Origin: Pelomyxa schiedti
Taxonomy: Eukaryota; Protista; Evosea
NCBI GenBank assembly: GCA_020536535.1
Contig: JAHLWZ010000470.1
Span: forward strand, 1 to 64,000
Length of the DNA: 64,000 bases
Direction of reading: 5' to 3'
Shown here one piece after another: positions 59,115-64,000 of this stretch. The notes beneath the pieces are model-generated. The model was given only the letters and a program-made list of their open reading frames with translations. It was not told the DNA's origin and did no database searches. Positions within the stretch are counted from its first letter, which is position 1; each line of letters starts with the position of its first letter. A program made the translations under genes and the position numbers.

Positions 59115-60536
59115 TCACCACCCCCTGAGCTCTATGTATTTCAAGCGCCTGACTCCCTCACCAACATCCCACAAATCAGCATGCACTTTGGTGAAGGTGC
59201 TTGGGTCAGTAAACATGTCTATGGCGACGCCATCCCCTGGTGCGACTTGGAAAACGGAATCTGTCATTTCTCGCAGTTGCGTGCCTTGTGTGAGATGCTT
59301 CAGTGTTCCGGTAGTCCCTTCCACAGAAAATATTGCATGGGGAGTATCGTAGGAGTCAGCTTTCAAACGGACTTCCACTATGAAAATCCTGCCACCATTC
59401 CTCTGGAAAATTACAGACTCTTCATATTTCCCTGGCAATGAACACCTTGTTTCACTCAGTACAACGAGCTCTCCAGTCTGGTGGGTTTTAGCCAAGTCAA
59501 TGACAACAAACGTGACTGTGGCACTGCTTTCACTTATTCCATTGTGGCTGTGACCATCGTTAATGACAACAACGTAGGCCTCGTCAATATTAACGTGGTT
59601 GAAGCCAATGTCAATGATGTGTCCCTCGGAAGGAAGAGTCACAACCCGGCGGGTCTTTTCTGGATTTATGTCAAAAAGGTTCTCGATGACCACAACCGCT
59701 GATTGGCCCTCTCCAGCATCCCATAGCCACCACTTATAATTTGTTCTCATATGTTGATTGCTGTCATCGCGGGCTTTAGCGTGTGTCAGGAGCTTCCTTC
59801 TATGCTTTTCGCGGTAGCTACCGTAAGGGTCTGGCTGATAATACTTGTTTTCAGTCCCATCTCTGTTGCTGTCATCATCAAAGAAATCCCTGGCCTTTCG
59901 CACGCGGCCAAATGGAAGCCACATATGCTCTTTCAAGTCTTCAGTAATCCCACCCAGGGCTTGTGATATTCCAAACGAGAAGAACAAGCGGGGGAACCAG
60001 GGCATACAGGCACCAACAGAGCTCCCTGGAGACACAACTATTGCAAACCTCTCTGCTGCCAGTTGCGAGAGAGTGCCTCGGCCCTTCACCCAAATGCCCC
60101 ACAGGTGTCTCAGCAACGAGATGTTTGTGCTCAGAATGCGTAGAGGGCTTCTCATTCCGCATCTTGTGTGCGTCGCCATGCAAAAAGCCAGAAATTGATC
60201 TTGAGCCTTCAAGGTTAGTTTGGAACACGGTTTTTCTACAGGTTTGTATCTACAGGAAGAATTGTCAGTGGATAATAATAGAAATAGAACAAACGCATAC
60301 GAAAGGAGCACACTCTCTTTTATTTCCTCCTCCTCTTTCTTCCACGTAGGATTGTGACTATCAGTGTCATCCTCGTCATCCTCGCCATCTTCCGCATCGC
60401 TCTCTTCCTCTTCCTCATCATCTTCATCTTCATCTTCTTCAATTTCATCGGCATCAGGTTCGTCAGTGGCATCGTTCCTTCCCATATCCATTGGCTCGTT
60501 GTCTTCCTTGTCGTCCTTGTCAGTATTACTTGTCAT
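59115..60536 (-). CDS. Hypothetical protein with an acidic N-terminus, of the 'QDQF..HTRCG..SP' family
   Basis: 473-aa ORF (probably with one in-frame intron) containing KAQDQFLAFCMATHTRCGMRSPLRIL; D/E-rich tract. Confidence 0.7.
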   Translation of the reverse strand: MTSNTDKDDKEDNEPMDMGRNDATDEPDADEIEEDEDEDDEEEEESDAEDGEDDEDDTDSHNPTWKKEEEEIKESVLLSYAFVLFLLLSTDNSSCRYKPVEKPCSKLTLKAQDQFLAFCMATHTRCGMRSPLRILSTNISLLRHLWGIWVKGRGTLSQLAAERFAIVVSPGSSVGACMPWFPRLFFSFGISQALGGITEDLKEHMWLPFGRVRKARDFFDDDSNRDGTENKYYQPDPYGSYREKHRRKLLTHAKARDDSNQHMRTNYKWWLWDAGEGQSAVVVIENLFDINPEKTRRVVTLPSEGHIIDIGFNHVNIDEAYVVVINDGHSHNGISESSATVTFVVIDLAKTHQTGELVVLSETRCSLPGKYEESVIFQRNGGRIFIVEVRLKADSYDTPHAIFSVEGTTGTLKHLTQGTQLREMTDSVFQVAPGDGVAIDMFTDPSTFTKVHADLWDVGEGVRRLKYIELRGW

Positions 60537-60995
60537 TTGTACAGAGTGGTTACAACGGAATAAAACAATATGAGTGAAGCGTGGGATCTAGATCTTGCGC
60601 TATTGAAATGTCTATGTTGTTGGAGGCTTTTTTGTTGCAGGAGTGGTACGAGTTAAGATCAGGAAAAACAAAAACAAATATGAAATGGCATGTTCCAACA
60701 GAATTTGCTTGATGCAGGGCAATAGTATATGTCAAAGAAAAAGTCAATGACAAGAGTGCAACTGCAGAAACCAAAGTCGGCAGAGACGCTGTGTTGGGGA
60801 AAGATTTGAGAAATGACAATAATCAAATTCAGGCCGTATAACTTGCCACATACCTTACATTTGAAAAAAAATTTGGGTACCAGGGATTTACGGCAACGGC
60901 TCCGCCTCCCGCAAAAAAATTTAACAAGAGCAATCTTTCCAACTTGTGCTTCTTCTGTCTATTTTTTTTTTCCAGTACCGGTTCCAAATGTCAGG

Positions 60996-61720
60996 TTATT
61001 TACGCTTCAGCTTCACACGGAGACGGAGGAGTAGAATTTCATCGTTAGTCCATCCAACTCCTTCCTGCCCATCATACTCGTCGGCTCCTCCACCAGGTGC
61101 TTAACGTTTCGTGGCATTGTACCTTTAATTATGGTTTCAGTATGAGGTAGTTTGAGGGTTTGTGCGTACTGTTCGTACACGTGGTTTGTGGAATCCCATC
61201 CAACGTAATTTTAAGTCACCAGGGAGGGATTGGCCTAAAGAGAGATAATTAGAAATAAGTTACTACAGGAAAATATGTCAATACAAGTGGGTACTCAATT
61301 TCTCTAAGTATCTCAATTATGAACCGCACATGAATTGAGGAAATCCAGGAAGCCACTTTATTGACGGAAGAAGGGATGCCGCTCGGGAATGATGTGAGGT
61401 CTAAATCTGTCAGCGTTGGCACAGCTAGAATAGGTGCGACTTGGTCCTGAGATTATATTGTTCATTATCTGGTCATCTGGAAGCTGCCACACCTCATAAA
61501 GCCCAGCCCATAACGGAAGGAAATTAGAGGGATAAAATTCAGTGCTTATATGTAGCCATAAAGTAGTCGTACCTGTGGAGAGATTGAGACATTTTTCTTG
61601 CGACCTCTTTGTTGGCCACACTGAAGGGCATTTACATATTGTGCCGGATGGGTGGTGACGATTGTCTATTGCCCTTGGCTTCCTTCGTGTAACGCGCGGA
61701 GCAACGCAGGGATTGTGTGC
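60996..61720 (-). pseudogene. Degenerate C-terminal fragment of a trehalase (GH37)
   Basis: TEFYPSNFLPLWAG, FPSGIPSSV and PGGGADEYDGQEGVGWTN (trehalase GGGGEY..Q.GFGWTN); frame changes; the QWD.PN.WAP motif has decayed to SGFLDFLNSCA. Confidence 0.6.
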
Positions 61721-62704
61721 AGTTGGTTCTACCAACAAGCGCTTATCTGTAATCAATCTTGAGTGTGGTGTGGTGCCTGTGCTGTGCGTTGTTTGTGTTG
61801 TGTAACACACGTGATAGATACGAAGTGATGTACGGTTACAGCCAATCCAAACGTGCCCACAGGAAATCTTCTGTGGCGCCTTCGGAGTCACGGACGAGCA
61901 AACCTTTTTACCTGAGCATCCAGTTGGTTAGAAAGCTGTGCAATAACTAAGAAGGACACACCGACGCTTGGAGGCAACAGGCATCACAGCATACGTCTGC
62001 GTGTTGTCTGGCTCCTGTGCCCGTTGTTGCACCGGTGTGGATTCAGGGTGCTGTGGCTTCTCGGTGTAACTCACGGGTGGGTTCGGGGTTCGTAGGTGCG
62101 TAAGTCCTCAACATGGGAGTGTGTTGTGGAGTCAACAGAGATCGCAGTGTTTTTGTTGAAGTCAAATTGTGCCACTCAACATCAAAAACATCAGTGCCGC
62201 CTTGCCGGCCTGGGTCGGCGGAGAAGCGATTACACCGGGAGAGAGGAAGGTCACTCCTTCGTCACAAAGAATGGAAAAATGACTGGGACTGCTGTATTGA
62301 GTTGTATAACAACCAGTGCGTGCCTTCATTGTAGTAATGCTCTTGCACTCAGCAAGCATATTCATGGCTGTAATTCCGCACGCCACAAAGAACTCCCGCT
62401 CTCGGCGCCGATATCCACACCAAAAACTAATAGTGCCCACTTTTGTACTCCGATTTTGCACTGTGGTTTGACTGAACCCCATTTGGCAAAGAGCTGCCTC
62501 CCAGTCTCACAAGTACAATGTCACGGTGTCTTACATGTTCACCACAGAAAACTTGCTTGAACAGATCTACCAAGTTGGGTGAATGATGGAGTACGCATTT
62601 CACTGTGTCATGCAACGACTTTTAGCATGTAAAAAAAAACACGCAACCAGTGTAGTGCCACAAGGCCGTGTTAATATTTTCTACTTCCAAAAAGTATTTG
62701 AGGA

Positions 62705-64000
62705 TTAGAACCTCAGTTTGGTGGTTGTTGTTGTTTTTCTGGGACTTGTCCTCCTGGTTGTTCTCGAAGCCGGTGTGCCACTCGTTGTATTGTCACTGGA
62801 ATGTACTTTCATAGTCGTTGGGTGTGCTGCATATCCGGAAGTATCAAAGTCCACCTTGCGGCACCCAAAGAGGCAGTCCATGGCCCACCGGTGGCTCACC
62901 ATTTTCAGGCCCAGCTTCTTGATCCTCTGCTTGACGTGGTGCTCGATCGTGATCAGCCCCGGGGTGCACAGGACCACGTCGATGTGGCCGTTGTCACTGA
63001 ACAGCCTTGAGACCGGGACTCCCCCGGCTGAGTGAACCAAGTCCTGCCATTCTGCCTGTGGAATTTGTTTTGGTTTTTGGTTTGCATAGTATTTTGTTGA
63101 TTGGGTGTGCATTTTGGTATTTGTATGTTGTAATTAGGTGTTTTGTTGGTTTTCCTTTGTACACACTGAATTAGGTCCTAGAACTTCAATTCGAAGCTTT
63201 TCAAATACGTTGAGTGGCTCGAAGGAAGTGTGGGTATCCCTAGTGATATTTGTGGTCTGTTATGCAAGAAAAAAGTTGAAGGGGAGAACGTACTGTGAAG
63301 GAGAAGAAGCACTGCGCGGTAAAAGGAATTTGTGTGGGCGAGCCAATGAACCCTAAAATCTTTTAGAATGTTGGTGATCTTGAGGAACTTTAATACTTTG
63401 GAAACCGACCGGAGTACCCAATTGTAATGCAGAATGGGTATTCCTTTTGCAAGAGCCAAGAGGTATTCAATTTCTTCGCTTGGGGCTGAAGCTAATAGGA
63501 CGGCATACGGAATTGCTGCAGCCAAGTGTGAACACAGCTACTCTCGAGATCACATACCAGTTTTTGAGGGAACATAATGGAGCTCCTTTAATGTTGGCAG
63601 AATTTGAGCACCGCACCGCTCTATGAGCGAGTGTACTCCTGTTTACTTCCGGTAAGTACACAAAAAAGGATAATACTCACTATACTCTCCGTGGCAGGAA
63701 GCATGCACTTTAAAAGTGACACAATTCTGATAGCCGAGAATAACATTTTTGAGATCTGGACATTATGCCAGTCTATTGGAGCCTAGAGGAAAGAAAAGGT
63801 CAAGCCAAAAAACAAGAGCTCGCTAGTGAACATTTTTCAAGGGATAAAAATCGTGCAAGTCATGGACCTTTTCATCACTGCAAATTATGAGAGGGTGAAA
63901 TACATGAGAAGTGGAATGACCTGTCACCTAATGTGGGACTCTGGTTCTTCCGTTAGAATTTTAATTGAAGGGTAATGTTACCTCGTGCTTCAGACACTTT
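62705..64000 (-). CDS. 3' part of a tandem-BRCT protein (53BP1/Rad9-like BRCT pair); runs off the window
   Basis: SLIERCGAQIL, EYLLALAKGIPILHYNWV, EWQDLVHSAGG and MVSHRWAMDCL. Confidence 0.7.

Noticed and set aside
62096-62560. 154-aa plus-strand Cys/His-rich ORF
   Set aside because: No convincing motif; overlaps possible antisense trehalase remnants; left unannotated.

Overview
Gene-dense eukaryotic (protist) scaffold with many short GT-AG introns of about 35-100 nt. It is neither prokaryotic nor viral, and I found no rRNA, tRNA or CRISPR array. The short introns, MORN genes and repeated 'RDQF..H.RCG..SP' genes resemble an archamoebid such as Pelomyxa (inference only). Recognisable housekeeping genes: RRP41, GANAB, an SCP/FCP1-type phosphatase, STE20, ULK-like and TKL kinases, an AIFM2/FSP1-like oxidoreductase, and GRAM and tandem-BRCT proteins. 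Accessory content: a ~3.5 kb P-element-type transposon with composite TIRs and an adjacent hairpin cluster; a stonustoxin-like pore-forming protein; an N-terminally lipidated MVP/SPFH-like protein; a histidine phosphatase-NUDT5 fusion; an F-box protein carrying the prokaryote/phage 'FVSNSSSSS' N-terminal motif; two proteins built from prokaryote-type domains; an FG-GAP propeller membrane protein; and a decayed trehalase. Exon joins were inferred by hand and gene ends are approximate where stated.
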